Source: a phage
Direction: 5' to 3' (one strand)
DNA length: 64,000 bases
NCBI GenBank assembly: GCA_025611195.1
Contig: GCA_025611195.1_4718.1
Shown here: in pieces, positions 9,647-19,557 of the stretch
Layout of the letters: every line of letters begins with the position of its first letter
Numbering within the stretch: position 1 is the stretch's first letter
Translations under genes and position numbers: made by a program
Notes under the pieces: model-generated
What the model was told of the DNA's origin: nothing
Databases searched by the model: none
The model's input: the letters and a program-made list of their open reading frames with translations, nothing else

Positions 9647-10455
9647 GGTGTTACAACAGCCTCTACTGACCACGGGAAGGTTTTCGCAATAACGCCTTCC
9701 AGGAAGCGTTCAACTTCGGCTTGCTCATACACCGAAAGCTTTTCAAACGGCGTTTGGTCCTCGGTTAAACCCACCGCATGAATAGGACCCAGATCTTTAA
9801 CCAGGGTAACTTCGCCTTTAACGCCTTCACGTTTAACGATAACCGCATGGTCATTAACCTTAGGGTCGTACAACACACGCATCATGGTTACCGCATCATC
9901 CGGTTCATAACCGAAATCGATCGCAACGCGAGCACTCGTCCCTTCTTCATCCAAGAGCTTGCTCAACGCTTTACAACGGTCTTCAATCCAATCCAACGCA
10001 ACCACGGTTTCTTGGCGTAGCTGAACCTCAACTTCTTTTCCTTGTTCGTCGATACGTTTCACGGTAACAAAATCACGCAATAAGCGGTCAGGAAGAAGGG
10101 AAGCGATAAGTTCAACGTTGGGTTCGGGTTTATCGTTTTCCAGAATGATGGTCGCTTGTGCGTCCAGATGTTCTTTAAAACGGATGTAACGTGTTAATCG
10201 CAGAACTTCATCCTGGGATTTTGCGTCTTCGGGAATAATCTCCGTCATGACGTTATAAATCTTTTCAGCGAACGTTGGAATTACGGTGATTGTAATTCGT
10301 GCTGGTGTACCACGCTCCTGGTACTCATCGGCTAACTTCTTTGCCATCCCGTTAAAGTAGGTCTGGAGAAACGGTTGTTGGGTTAAAAACATTTTCTCCA
10401 GATCGGAATAGCGATGCTTGCGCGCGTGGCCTAGCTTCTTCATGGGCTTTTTCAT
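9643..10455 (-). CDS. hypothetical protein (between SbcC-like and RuvC-like genes)
   Basis: ORF 9643..10458, ATG 10455 with AAGGA upstream; no Mre11/SbcD phosphoesterase motifs seen. Confidence 0.55.
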   Translation of the reverse strand: MKKPMKKLGHARKHRYSDLEKMFLTQQPFLQTYFNGMAKKLADEYQERGTPARITITVIPTFAEKIYNVMTEIIPEDAKSQDEVLRLTRYIRFKEHLDAQATIILENDKPEPNVELIASLLPDRLLRDFVTVKRIDEQGKEVEVQLRQETVVALDWIEDRCKALSKLLDEEGTSARVAIDFGYEPDDAVTMMRVLYDPKVNDHAVIVKREGVKGEVTLVKDLGPIHAVGLTEDQTPFEKLSVYEQAEVERFLEGVIAKTFPWSVEAVVTP

Positions 10456-10476
10456 CAACAGAAATCCTTATTTATC

Positions 10477-12933
10477 TTAAATAATCGTGACGTGTTCGTT
10501 ATACGTTTCAGGGAGGATGATGTTCGTTTTATCAAGAACCATACACTCAGCTTTACGGAATGATGCATGGTTGATAACATAGTGGCTGATGAACCACACT
10601 TGGCTTACGCGATGACCATCGACCAAACGACGAACAAAATCCATGGCATTAGATTGGTGCTGCGGATCAAATGTTGATGCGAATTCATCTAACATCAACG
10701 GATAATCCGTAAACCCCTTGTAATGCATCATCGCGATGATAAACGCGATATTGATAATTTCCTTTTGTCCCTTACTCCCATAAACAATATCTTTTCGCGG
10801 CGTCGGATACTTCTCAGTTAAAAGCGGAAAACGATAGTTCAATCCTTGCGCGTCGATAGCACACGGAAGTATCTGAAGTTGGTATTCCCAAATACTCGAA
10901 ATGATACCGTTCATGTATTCAACGAACGCGTTGATTGGACCAGCGATTGTTTCGGCAATCAATCCGTTGGATGGACTCAACTCATCCAGAACAAGTTGTG
11001 CGTAACTGAGCTGTTCTTCCACCTCTTTTTGCGTTGTTTCCAACTGAGCCAGAAGCTGCTGGTCGGTTTTAGCTTCCTGTAACTGCTGTTCGACATGACT
11101 TATCCGGCGAACCGTATCAGACATCGCAGCACGTAGTGATTTCGTGTAAAGATGCTGTAGATACTCCAACCACAGTTGCGTTAACGCTTTATCGCTACTA
11201 TCAGAACGTACCTGATCTTCCATAATCGCCGTAATGGTTTCCAATCTACCTTCCGTAGCTGTGATGGCTTGTGTTAACCGTTCAACGGTTGTTAACAACT
11301 CTGTCCTGTTCTTATAAAGCAGTTCTCGACGTTGCTGTAATGGTTCAACATCAACCGCTTGTACACGTTCGAGCATATCCTGAAGATGTTTACGTTCTTG
11401 CTCGGCTTGTGTATAACGCGCGAGTTTCTCGAATGCAAGCAACCAGTCGTTAATGATGCCAATACTGCGGAATCCTAAACCGTTTTTGCGGCCTTCTTCC
11501 AGCAGATTATCCCACATGGGTTTAATAGCGTAATAATCTTTCGTCCAACGCGTTAACTGACGATGCTGTTCCATCCAAAGCGTATAACGCTGCACCTTCT
11601 CATTAAGTTCGGCTAACGATTTCTCCTGTTCTTCAACCCAAGCGCGACCCTTCTGAATACGTTGTTCAATGCTCGCTTTGCTGGTCTTTTCTGTCTCACC
11701 AACATGAAAGCGATAATTGCATTTTGGACAGCTGGTCTGGGGTTGATGGTTAAGATGGTCAAGATGCGCTTCCAAATCGGCTAACGCGTGTTTCGCGTTA
11801 CGCAAACGCATTCGTGCCGCCTCTTCCTCCTTGATGTAAGCTTCAGCATCGTAAACATGATAGGTGTTGTCGGTATCAATCCATTCTTGCAATAGTTCCG
11901 TTAACGGAGCCTGAACTTGCGTGAGCTGTTGTAAACAAACCGCGGCGTCCAGATTCATCGTTAAAAGCTCACCTGGATGATCATGCTGAAGTTGTTCGTC
12001 CAAACAGGCAAGGCGGGCTTTAATCTGATCGATATCGCCTTCTCCAGACTGTTTCAACTGGTCAAGGATATTATCGATACCCAACAGCTCGTCAACCTGA
12101 CTTTCGAGTTTCGCATTCGCATTCGCGAGTTGCTCTCTTAGTTCAGCCAGATTCCGCTGTTCTTGTTGCGATGTTCCTCCTTGGTAACGAACAACCGCAC
12201 GAAGAAGCTCGCGATTAAAATGATGGGCACGTTGTGCGGATTCCAGAAGCTGTCGTTGATCAACATCGCTATCGAATAACGGCAATCCCATCATCGCTTC
12301 GAGCGCCGAGCGTTGCTGCTTTAACTCTGCTTCCAATCCCTGGTGGTCGGTTCCAGTGTATTTCGCTTCAATTCGCTGTGATGTTTCAACCAACTTATTC
12401 AATGTGTGCTCATTCACCGCTTTCAGTGAACGTACCTGTTGCTTAACAACCTGAAACAGCTCAAGCGCATAATCGACGTTAACCGGGCATATCTGCGTTA
12501 ATCGTTCGCGACGTTTCATCGGTCCCATTTCGGTGAACTGGTAAGCTGTTTCGTAACCTAACAACAAACGAATGGTGTCGTCATTAAGTTCGAAATGTTC
12601 TTCGATCAGTTTCCACTGGGCTGGTTGTGTGCCACCACCATTCAAGTTCTCACTGTCGTTAACGTAGAACTCGTGCTTAAACCCTTTTTCTAAACGACTG
12701 ATAAGACGGTATTGCTTATTACGGTGTTCGCAGCGGTACTCGTAATACCCGTCTTTATCAAAATCAGCGCGCTCGGGAACGGTTGGATACAGCAAAGGCA
12801 GTAGACTGCTCTTACCCGAACCATTACTACCTAGAATGAGTTGTACGGGATTATCTGGCCGGATGACCAGCTCCCGAATCATCCCGGTATCAAAACGATT
12901 GAATCCACGTAAGTGGAGATAGGTGCATCGCAT
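10477..12933 (-). CDS. SbcC/Rad50-like SMC-family ATPase
   Basis: N-terminal Walker A LILGSNGSGKSS, long central coiled coil with mid-protein CPKC zinc-hook, C-terminal Walker B LMLDEF and H-loop FISHY; start at 12933 or 12969 uncertain. Confidence 0.7.
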   Translation of the reverse strand: MRCTYLHLRGFNRFDTGMIRELVIRPDNPVQLILGSNGSGKSSLLPLLYPTVPERADFDKDGYYEYRCEHRNKQYRLISRLEKGFKHEFYVNDSENLNGGGTQPAQWKLIEEHFELNDDTIRLLLGYETAYQFTEMGPMKRRERLTQICPVNVDYALELFQVVKQQVRSLKAVNEHTLNKLVETSQRIEAKYTGTDHQGLEAELKQQRSALEAMMGLPLFDSDVDQRQLLESAQRAHHFNRELLRAVVRYQGGTSQQEQRNLAELREQLANANAKLESQVDELLGIDNILDQLKQSGEGDIDQIKARLACLDEQLQHDHPGELLTMNLDAAVCLQQLTQVQAPLTELLQEWIDTDNTYHVYDAEAYIKEEEAARMRLRNAKHALADLEAHLDHLNHQPQTSCPKCNYRFHVGETEKTSKASIEQRIQKGRAWVEEQEKSLAELNEKVQRYTLWMEQHRQLTRWTKDYYAIKPMWDNLLEEGRKNGLGFRSIGIINDWLLAFEKLARYTQAEQERKHLQDMLERVQAVDVEPLQQRRELLYKNRTELLTTVERLTQAITATEGRLETITAIMEDQVRSDSSDKALTQLWLEYLQHLYTKSLRAAMSDTVRRISHVEQQLQEAKTDQQLLAQLETTQKEVEEQLSYAQLVLDELSPSNGLIAETIAGPINAFVEYMNGIISSIWEYQLQILPCAIDAQGLNYRFPLLTEKYPTPRKDIVYGSKGQKEIINIAFIIAMMHYKGFTDYPLMLDEFASTFDPQHQSNAMDFVRRLVDGHRVSQVWFISHYVINHASFRKAECMVLDKTNIILPETYNEHVTII

Positions 12934-12960
12934 GCTATGATAATCCTTCTTCGATACCTT

Positions 12961-12976
12961 CTGAACCATGGTTCAG
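12961..12976. promoter_or_regulatory. perfect 16-bp palindrome CTGAACCATGGTTCAG
   Basis: In the divergent region between the SbcC-like gene and 13047..14135. Confidence 0.3.
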
Positions 12977-13046
12977 AATGCGAAGCTGAAGCCATACTTC
13001 AGCGTTATTTTCTATATCGTTATTTAAATCAGTAGGAGATTACAGC

Positions 13047-14135
13047 ATGAGCGATCTGGCAACAGACAACCGCACAAAAGGGAGTCAGTTAGCTCCAGAC
13101 AGCAACGTAAGCGTTTTCCGTATCTTTGCCTTGGGTACCGTTGCTGCCGACTTTTCCAATAAAAGTCTGGAGGAAGATCCGAACCAGGCGCTGGAGGTCT
13201 TTCTTGACGAGATGATGTCAGGTGCTGACGGGAAAGTTGAAGCGGCGGGAAGCGTGAAAGAAGTTAGTGCAACAGACGCTCAAGGGAACAGTTATACCGC
13301 AAAAGCGGCAACAACAACCAGCGTACAGTGTTACTGGTTACCCTTTGGTAGTAACCGGATGACAGCACCTAACTTGAGGAAAGGTCAGCGTGTGGTGGTC
13401 TGGCGTACTGCCGATGAAGAACAACTCTACTGGCAGCCCAAAGGAGGGGATAGTGAGCTGATGACCATGGAATCGGTTATCCTCACCGTCAGTGCACGTC
13501 CTAGCGCTAAGAAGGACCGTAAATCGATTTCAACGGAAGACTGCTATTACCTAATGGTTGATACCTTTCTTAAGAAAGCGGTTATCGGTACAAGCGCACA
13601 GCTTGGTGAAGTTACCCAAGTCTACATGGAACTTAATCTGGACGAGGGTTACTTACAGGTTGCGGACAGCGTCCATCAAAACCTACTATTGCTCCATTTT
13701 GTCGAGCATATGCTGCGATACCAAAACCAGGACGACAGCATTATCGACGTAACAAAAAAGAACATCACATTCCAATGCGAGGATACGCTCAAAGCAATCG
13801 CTAAGAACGATATCCGAATGAAAGCAAAAAATATTTATACGGAATGTGAGAACTTTGAACGTACCAGCAAAACAGAAAGCGTTACGAGTCAGAATGTTTC
13901 TTTGAAATGCGATCGCTACACCGCGCAAGTATCAGGACAAACCATATTCAAATGTCCGAATACGGTATTCACCGGAGCCGTGAGTTTCACTGGTGAAGAC
14001 GGAAACACGATGACATTGAACGGTAACTTCATACACGTCGCGGGATCTTGGCGTTCACCAAGCGGAACAAACGTGTACACTCACGACCACGGTGGTGTTA
14101 AATCCGGTAGTAGTAGAACCGACCCGTTTCAATAA
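13047..14135 (+). CDS. hypothetical protein (possibly structural)
   Basis: 362-aa ORF, AGGAG SD; beta-rich C-terminus ending in YTHDHGG; function not recognised. Confidence 0.5.
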   Translation: MSDLATDNRTKGSQLAPDSNVSVFRIFALGTVAADFSNKSLEEDPNQALEVFLDEMMSGADGKVEAAGSVKEVSATDAQGNSYTAKAATTTSVQCYWLPFGSNRMTAPNLRKGQRVVVWRTADEEQLYWQPKGGDSELMTMESVILTVSARPSAKKDRKSISTEDCYYLMVDTFLKKAVIGTSAQLGEVTQVYMELNLDEGYLQVADSVHQNLLLLHFVEHMLRYQNQDDSIIDVTKKNITFQCEDTLKAIAKNDIRMKAKNIYTECENFERTSKTESVTSQNVSLKCDRYTAQVSGQTIFKCPNTVFTGAVSFTGEDGNTMTLNGNFIHVAGSWRSPSGTNVYTHDHGGVKSGSSRTDPFQ

Positions 14136-14158
14136 AACAAAAAAGAAATATAACATAG

Positions 14159-14193
14159 CCTCCTTCCCCGGCCTTGGTGGCTAGGGAAGGAGG
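14159..14193. terminator. GC hairpin (family-like stem, different loop)
   Basis: CCTCCTTCCC/GGGAAGGAGG 10-bp stem; between convergent genes; A-rich run upstream. Confidence 0.45.
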
Positions 14194-14208
14194 ATTATAG
14201 TTTATTTA

Positions 14209-14598
14209 TTAACGCACTGCGTTCTGGATGATTTCTTTTCCGATCTTAACCAAAGCAGGTATCTGCACAGCGGTTGCGCCTCGATGACGAAACGCGGTCG
14301 TTAACGCGGTATCGATACTCACAGCACGTCCGTGGAGACGATCGAAATAGACTTGCGTGATTGCAGCAGCGTAATCCTTTCGCTGTTTCTTGGTTTGGTT
14401 TAATAGCGCCGCACTATGGCTAACGATGAAGTAAGCGATTAAGAAGAACGCCGCCGACCGCGAACCGGGTAGAAAACCTTGTCGCTTAGGAAGCATCTCA
14501 CAATCGCGAACAGTATTATCGTTCGCGAGCTCATCCATGTCAACGCAGCATAATTTTGCATAGGTGTGGAGATAGTGGGTAAAAGTTGAATTTAACAT
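14209..14598 (-). CDS. small hypothetical protein with one TM helix
   Basis: ORF 14209..14646 trimmed to ATG 14598 (GAGGA upstream). Confidence 0.45.
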   Translation of the reverse strand: MLNSTFTHYLHTYAKLCCVDMDELANDNTVRDCEMLPKRQGFLPGSRSAAFFLIAYFIVSHSAALLNQTKKQRKDYAAAITQVYFDRLHGRAVSIDTALTTAFRHRGATAVQIPALVKIGKEIIQNAVR

Positions 14599-14704
14599 GT
14601 TTCTTTCCTCGATTACAATGAGTTCAATGTATAGCTTAAACGTCACAGAACGACGTGTAGCGATTTGTTTTAATTTCTAAGGGGTTTCCTTATCTAAGAT
14701 TGAT

Positions 14705-15067
14705 TTAAAGCGTTCTGAAGAGTTCTGTATCGTTCTCGTCACGTAAACACGCTTCGTTCAACAATTCAGCTAACAACTTCGACCGAACTTCAACAAATGT
14801 CCTGAGGCGATGCTTCCATTCTAAACAGACGGTGTATGAACGATCTAACTTTTTGTGCTCGACGATAGATGCCGTGCAGTAGGTTTCGCGTTTATTCACA
14901 TCGTCCCAAACATCACGAATGATCGTCAAGCCTTTCTCAGTACATGTAAACGTTATAACGTAGTGATTGTTCGCTACTTCAACACGAACATCAGTAAATT
15001 CGTTTCGTAACGATGAGGTCTTAGTTAAACGATCAATAGCGAGCGATAAACCAACACGTTGTTGCAT
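14705..15067 (-). CDS. small hypothetical protein
   Basis: ATG 15067 with AGAGGGG upstream. Confidence 0.45.
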   Translation of the reverse strand: MQQRVGLSLAIDRLTKTSSLRNEFTDVRVEVANNHYVITFTCTEKGLTIIRDVWDDVNKRETYCTASIVEHKKLDRSYTVCLEWKHRLRTFVEVRSKLLAELLNEACLRDENDTELFRTL

Positions 15068-15068
15068 A

Positions 15069-15494
15069 TCAGATCCCCTCTTTCAGAATCTCATTAAGGC
15101 CGTCAGTAATCCAGTCGAACTTCGTCTTAATCATAGCTGGGGTCAATCCGTATACTTCCCACACAAGCTGTGGTTTATGTGTTCCATCGTCCAAACAAAG
15201 CACATCGATTGAGAGCATCATACCGCCCGTCAGTTTCATGTTCTCACAACTACGAAGATATGCGGATTCTAGCAATACTTTCCCTAACGCGGTGCAAGCA
15301 AACGTTAACCGGGAAGAATACATGTACGATGAAGTTTTACAGTAGGTTGCTGATATCGGTTGAATATGTTTGCGGAGTTTGGCGTCTTCACGTAAAAGCA
15401 GTAACGTGCGATGTAAACGCGTATGCTCGGTAACCGATGGGCTATATTCACCGATACGCTCTTCGACTACTGATTTAGGCCATTTAATTTCCAT
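15069..15494 (-). CDS. small hypothetical protein (MEIK- N-terminus)
   Basis: ATG with GAGGAAG upstream; abuts neighbouring genes. Confidence 0.45.
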   Translation of the reverse strand: MEIKWPKSVVEERIGEYSPSVTEHTRLHRTLLLLREDAKLRKHIQPISATYCKTSSYMYSSRLTFACTALGKVLLESAYLRSCENMKLTGGMMLSIDVLCLDDGTHKPQLVWEVYGLTPAMIKTKFDWITDGLNEILKEGI

Positions 15495-15509
15495 GTTATC
15501 TTCCTCGTA

Positions 15510-15953
15510 TTAACACTGTGTTCCATTCGATAAGCGGGTGGTATCAAAACGATCCAGTTGGTGTACAATGCTATCAGCAACACGATGCAAATAGTGTATT
15601 TTGTCCATTCGTGAAATCGCAGAAATCGTCCAGCAAGCCTCTGACGTCCAATAGGTGCCGTCTTCACTAAGGCTAACGTTATAAACTAACTTCGTCATCA
15701 CATTTCTCGCCTTATGCTCAGCAGACCAGAATATGTTTTCTAACACATCCTTCCCCGTTTGTGAAAACACGAACCCAAGCTTCACGTCGAAGTCGGATGC
15801 TTCAAGATTAACGCAGTGAAGATGATTCTCTAACGGCGCAAAAGAGGCTAAACGTTCCAGCGCATGTTGCAGTGTGGGATGATCGAGCTTTTCGAGATCA
15901 TCCACAGGTTGTTCAGGTACAATCGCGATCGATTTACAGAATTTAATTTCCAT
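15510..15953 (-). CDS. small hypothetical protein (MEIK- N-terminus, possible paralog of 15069..15494)
   Basis: ATG with AGAGGA upstream; same N-terminal MEIK start and similar length to neighbour. Confidence 0.45.
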   Translation of the reverse strand: MEIKFCKSIAIVPEQPVDDLEKLDHPTLQHALERLASFAPLENHLHCVNLEASDFDVKLGFVFSQTGKDVLENIFWSAEHKARNVMTKLVYNVSLSEDGTYWTSEACWTISAISRMDKIHYLHRVADSIVHQLDRFDTTRLSNGTQC

Positions 15954-16065
15954 GGTAGGTTCCTCTTGATAGTGGTTGATGATAGTAACGGGGACGGCGA
16001 TGTCCCCTTGGTTTCTTATTGCCCCGCCCGAACCCGATGGGGTACAGGCGGGTGATGTTGATGCG

Positions 16066-16473
16066 TTATAGCGGCATCAGACGTTCTTTAAGTTGGGTTA
16101 ACTTATTTGCAACGATGTTCTCAACGCCGATCATCTTGTTCATGTTGTCGAGGGTATCCTGCCAGATGAAAATATCCACGGAACCGGTTCCGACTAACGC
16201 GTTCTCAGGACGATGGTCACGGGTCACGTAGCGTGGTCTCTGCGGGCAGGTTTGTAACTCGATCCAAAGCGCATCTAACGGACCACGGTCCGTGACACCT
16301 AAGGCGAAGAATTCACCTCGTACGACCAGAACATCATCAGCCGTCCTGACGCGGGTTGATCCTTCGTACACCAATTCCATCTTTGCTCGACAGGCTGGGT
16401 TCTCGTTCCACGCCTGGACGGCATCGGCAAGGGCTATTGACGTTGCGGTGGTGTTCGTTTGATCATGTTGCAT
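16066..16473 (-). CDS. small hypothetical protein
   Basis: ATG 16473 with AGGAG upstream. Confidence 0.45.
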   Translation of the reverse strand: MQHDQTNTTATSIALADAVQAWNENPACRAKMELVYEGSTRVRTADDVLVVRGEFFALGVTDRGPLDALWIELQTCPQRPRYVTRDHRPENALVGTGSVDIFIWQDTLDNMNKMIGVENIVANKLTQLKERLMPL

Positions 16474-16550
16474 TCTAAGCTCCTGTAACGCTATCTAAGC
16501 GTCGTTTTAAGTTAAGGTATAGTTTCCCTTCCTTGGGTTCGTTTATTGCG

Positions 16551-16826
16551 TTACACGGCTTTACAGCTTGCGTAAACCACAACTGTTCCGTTGTTGATTG
16601 CCTCAACAACATCCTGGGTCAGTTTGGTCGCGAGTTTATTATCCGCACTCGGTACGTAATAACCTTCCCCTGTTTCAGTGACTAGGCGATAACGTACTAA
16701 TCCTACCGCACGCTCGACGCGTATCACCTTTTCAAGTTTGTATTTGATGATCTTCGTCAGGCTGACGGCGTCTGATGCGTAGATTGCTTTATAAACCTTG
16801 TTCTTTGCTGTCGGTTTCATCAACAT
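16551..16826 (-). CDS. small hypothetical protein
   Basis: ORF 16551..16889 trimmed to ATG 16826 (AAGGA upstream) to avoid overlap with the upstream gene. Confidence 0.4.
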   Translation of the reverse strand: MLMKPTAKNKVYKAIYASDAVSLTKIIKYKLEKVIRVERAVGLVRYRLVTETGEGYYVPSADNKLATKLTQDVVEAINNGTVVVYASCKAV

Positions 16827-16848
16827 GGTTTCTGTTTTCCTTGGTTTA

Positions 16849-17682
16849 TCACGATGCCAGGTCAGCGATATCCCAATGGGTATAACCAACCTCGCGGATG
16901 AGCTCTGCTGTTTCTTCGAACAGTGGGGTAGGGCTAATGACCGGTAACCATTTCCCCTCTCGGGTTATCTTGACTTCGACGGTCTGTAAGTTCGTGTTCC
17001 AACGAACATCATAAACCAGCGCATAGCCAAGAGGATGAACAAGTCCATCTTGGTTAAATGTCTCCAAAAGACCTCGTACGTCTTCTTCGTAGGATGTTTT
17101 CGACAAGACAGCACGTACTCGTCGCAGTCTCTTCGTGATAACCTTTCCCAGCTCGATGCTCTCCCAGCCTGTCATGACGCAAGGATTGTCATCACGACGA
17201 AGAGACCGAGAAATATAAATAGAATCGCTCGCGGTAAGGTGTACCCACCCAAGATCGCAGTATGCGACAGGTCGTGGTGATTCTCCTTCGATAACCGTCG
17301 GTTCATCCAACATCGCCACAACACCGCAGTCTGCGAACTCCGGCGATACTTCATCCAGCATCTTAATACGGCTTTCTTGGCCGGTATGGTCAGGATCAAC
17401 ATGCGCGTAGTAGTAATTAGGCTCTATCGCACGGTATTGCGCAATACGTCTACGGAAGTCAGGATCCTGCATTCCCAGCGGATGGTAATACGCAAGCTGT
17501 TGCTTTATACCATCCTTGATTACCAACAGAAGATCTTCGCGATCTGATGCGGGATCTTCCACCACGATGTATTTAACAATCGCTTTCAGGTTCTTAACGA
17601 TGTTATCCGGAAGTTTCTCGATATCTCGAGCATCGTAGACGCGGTTAACTACAGTGCTTACAAGGTGTTTTGATAGGCTCAT
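16849..17682 (-). CDS. hypothetical protein, paralog of 18039..18821
   Basis: C-terminal VHPLGYALVYDVRWNTNLQTVEVKITREGKWLPVISP aligns with VHPLGFAWVSEVRYNPRKKRVEAKVLNERWLPVVQP of the other gene. Confidence 0.5.
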   Translation of the reverse strand: MSLSKHLVSTVVNRVYDARDIEKLPDNIVKNLKAIVKYIVVEDPASDREDLLLVIKDGIKQQLAYYHPLGMQDPDFRRRIAQYRAIEPNYYYAHVDPDHTGQESRIKMLDEVSPEFADCGVVAMLDEPTVIEGESPRPVAYCDLGWVHLTASDSIYISRSLRRDDNPCVMTGWESIELGKVITKRLRRVRAVLSKTSYEEDVRGLLETFNQDGLVHPLGYALVYDVRWNTNLQTVEVKITREGKWLPVISPTPLFEETAELIREVGYTHWDIADLAS

Positions 17683-17751
17683 CGATGATCTCTCTTTGTT
17701 ATTTCTACCGATAACTCGGCATAAGGGGACAATGATGTCCCCATGTTCATG

Positions 17752-18042
17752 TTAACTCCCTCTGTGGCATGAAAACAGAGCGTCTAATTGCTCCCGTTGT
17801 TCTTTTAAGTATGCGGGAAGCTGGTCTTCCCGTACCGTTCCGATTTCCAACGTGATGTACCAGCGTTGTTCGGAAGCCTGCCATTGAAAACTGCTCTGTA
17901 ACCTCAGGATGTTGGGATCGTGTACCATGCTTGCGCTGTAACGGTTGAACCAATTCAGGTATTCTGCTTTCCCTTCCTCGTCGGCAACGTAACGCTGCAC
18001 GCTGTTCTTCCCTTTGTTCTCGTATCCTGTTGCACGTATCAT
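17752..18042 (-). CDS. small hypothetical protein
   Basis: ORF 17752..18096 trimmed to ATG 18042 (AGGAG upstream, ATGA overlap with upstream stop); an alternative frame 17747..18091 is also open. Confidence 0.4.
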   Translation of the reverse strand: MIRATGYENKGKNSVQRYVADEEGKAEYLNWFNRYSASMVHDPNILRLQSSFQWQASEQRWYITLEIGTVREDQLPAYLKEQREQLDALFSCHRGS

Positions 18043-18821
18043 GCGAACGTTTCTCCTGTAACGTGTTGTGGGCGTTGTAGCATGGTAGCATCCCATTGTA
18101 CGATCCGGCTCCGGCTTACCCGCATCATGATGGATTCATCGTCAAGCCCTGGTTGCACAACCGGTAACCAACGTTCGTTAAGCACCTTCGCTTCAACCCG
18201 TTTCTTGCGTGGGTTGTAACGCACCTCGCTAACCCAAGCGAATCCAAGCGGATGGACCACCCGTGGATAATACATGCGAAGCAATTGATGCATCCGATCC
18301 AGTACCTCCAGGTCAGCATCGGTCAGGTATGGTTTCACCATGGTAAGCTTTTTGGTGTAATACGTTCCGGTGGTATGATTGATCCAACCAGGAAGCACGT
18401 GATGGAACCCTACCTGTAATGGCGTATCCCCGTTCACCTTCAACCAACCGTATCGCCCTGTCGCACGTCCCTCATCGTAAGCAACTTGTGCAAGCTGATC
18501 GATGAACGCACGATCGGTGATCTCGATGCGTTCCACCCGTTCATCCAACGCACCGCGTACCACGAATCCGCTCGCGCTCATCCGCGCAGGATGCTGGCTG
18601 CGATGCGCGTACCAATTCTTGTTGCCGGTAAGCAGGTAAGGGTACGTGTGAGCACCCCGCCAAACAACCGTTCCGTTCGTCCCATCAACACAGTGTACAT
18701 ACATCCCATCTTGACCGTTGTTGTAGCATGCTACCTTCACGCATTCGTTTTGAACATCGCTCGGTAACGCCAGGTATTCACCTTCGGTAAACATGGTATC
18801 AAAAATGATTTCGTCGTTCAT
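18039..18821 (-). CDS. hypothetical protein, paralog of 16849..17682
   Basis: ATG 18821 with AGAGGA upstream; first gene downstream of the AT-rich region. Confidence 0.5.
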   Translation of the reverse strand: MNDEIIFDTMFTEGEYLALPSDVQNECVKVACYNNGQDGMYVHCVDGTNGTVVWRGAHTYPYLLTGNKNWYAHRSQHPARMSASGFVVRGALDERVERIEITDRAFIDQLAQVAYDEGRATGRYGWLKVNGDTPLQVGFHHVLPGWINHTTGTYYTKKLTMVKPYLTDADLEVLDRMHQLLRMYYPRVVHPLGFAWVSEVRYNPRKKRVEAKVLNERWLPVVQPGLDDESIMMRVSRSRIVQWDATMLQRPQHVTGETFA

Positions 18822-18911
18822 CTAAAAAAGATCCTCTGTTTTTCACGTTAATTAAACAACGTATTGATTTCTATTTAACGCAATACGAACATTGTACGTA
18901 TGCATCATGAA

Positions 18912-18929
18912 GGTAATATAGTCGTGAAA
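18912..18929 (-). promoter_or_regulatory. conserved TATATTAC-containing motif (candidate phage promoter)
   Basis: Plus-strand GGTAATATAGTCGTGAAA; about 90 nt upstream of the first gene of the small-gene cluster (ATG 18821). Confidence 0.45.
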
Positions 18930-19031
18930 GGATTTGCATTAAAGCAAGGGTTTTGTTTTAAGAAGGGATGGATTTAGAAGAGGTGTTTCAAGGAAGGTAA
19001 ACGAGGATAGGTATTTTGATTTAAGTAAGAT

Positions 19032-19396
19032 GTTATCTGTATTTGTTAAAAGTGTATTGTCTATGTTATCTTGTTTATCTTAGGTTATGTCTTATTGTTT
19101 AATCGTTTTATCTTTGTAGGTTAAATTGTTCTAGTTATCTTGTTGTATAAAGTAATTCAATAAGCTTATCTTCAAAATGATAAATAACTTGTGTTTATTG
19201 TACATGCTAATCAAAAAACCATTTGTGATACTCTTCTTCACGTTGTTCATCAGAGTATCTCGTCTATACTCATTGCATTCGTATACGACATAACCGTTAT
19301 ACGCTAACGCTACGCTTATAGCTTGATAACTCTAAGGATAAAAACATAAACTCGCTTCGCTCGTTTAGTTTTTCTTTTTCTTAGAGTTATCTTGTT
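19032..19396. repeat. iteron-like direct repeats (GTTATCTTGTT) in AT-rich non-coding region
   Basis: Exact 11-mer at 19065..19075, 19134..19144 and 19386..19396, plus at least four degenerate TTATCTT copies at 19032..19180. Confidence 0.5.
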
Positions 19397-19557
19397 GCTC
19401 GTCTCTAAAGGACTTCGCTCCTCCCCCGTCCCCCGAAGGGGCCGAGGTCGTGGAAATTTTACTTTCCAAATACATTTACAACATCTGTAAACTTTTACTC
19501 CAGGTACTTAATCTTATCATTAGAAATTATAAAGAGAAGAATAAACACAAACATAAA

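Noticed and set aside
9643-10455. Possibility that this gene is the SbcD/Mre11 partner of the SbcC-like ATPase
   Set aside because: None of the calcineurin-like phosphoesterase motifs could be found by eye; kept as hypothetical.
19421-19447. Possible GC hairpin CCCC-CGAA-GGGG (UUCG on the minus strand) next to family copy 19558-19589
   Set aside because: Only about 4 bp of clean stem with no U-tract; too weak to annotate as a terminator.
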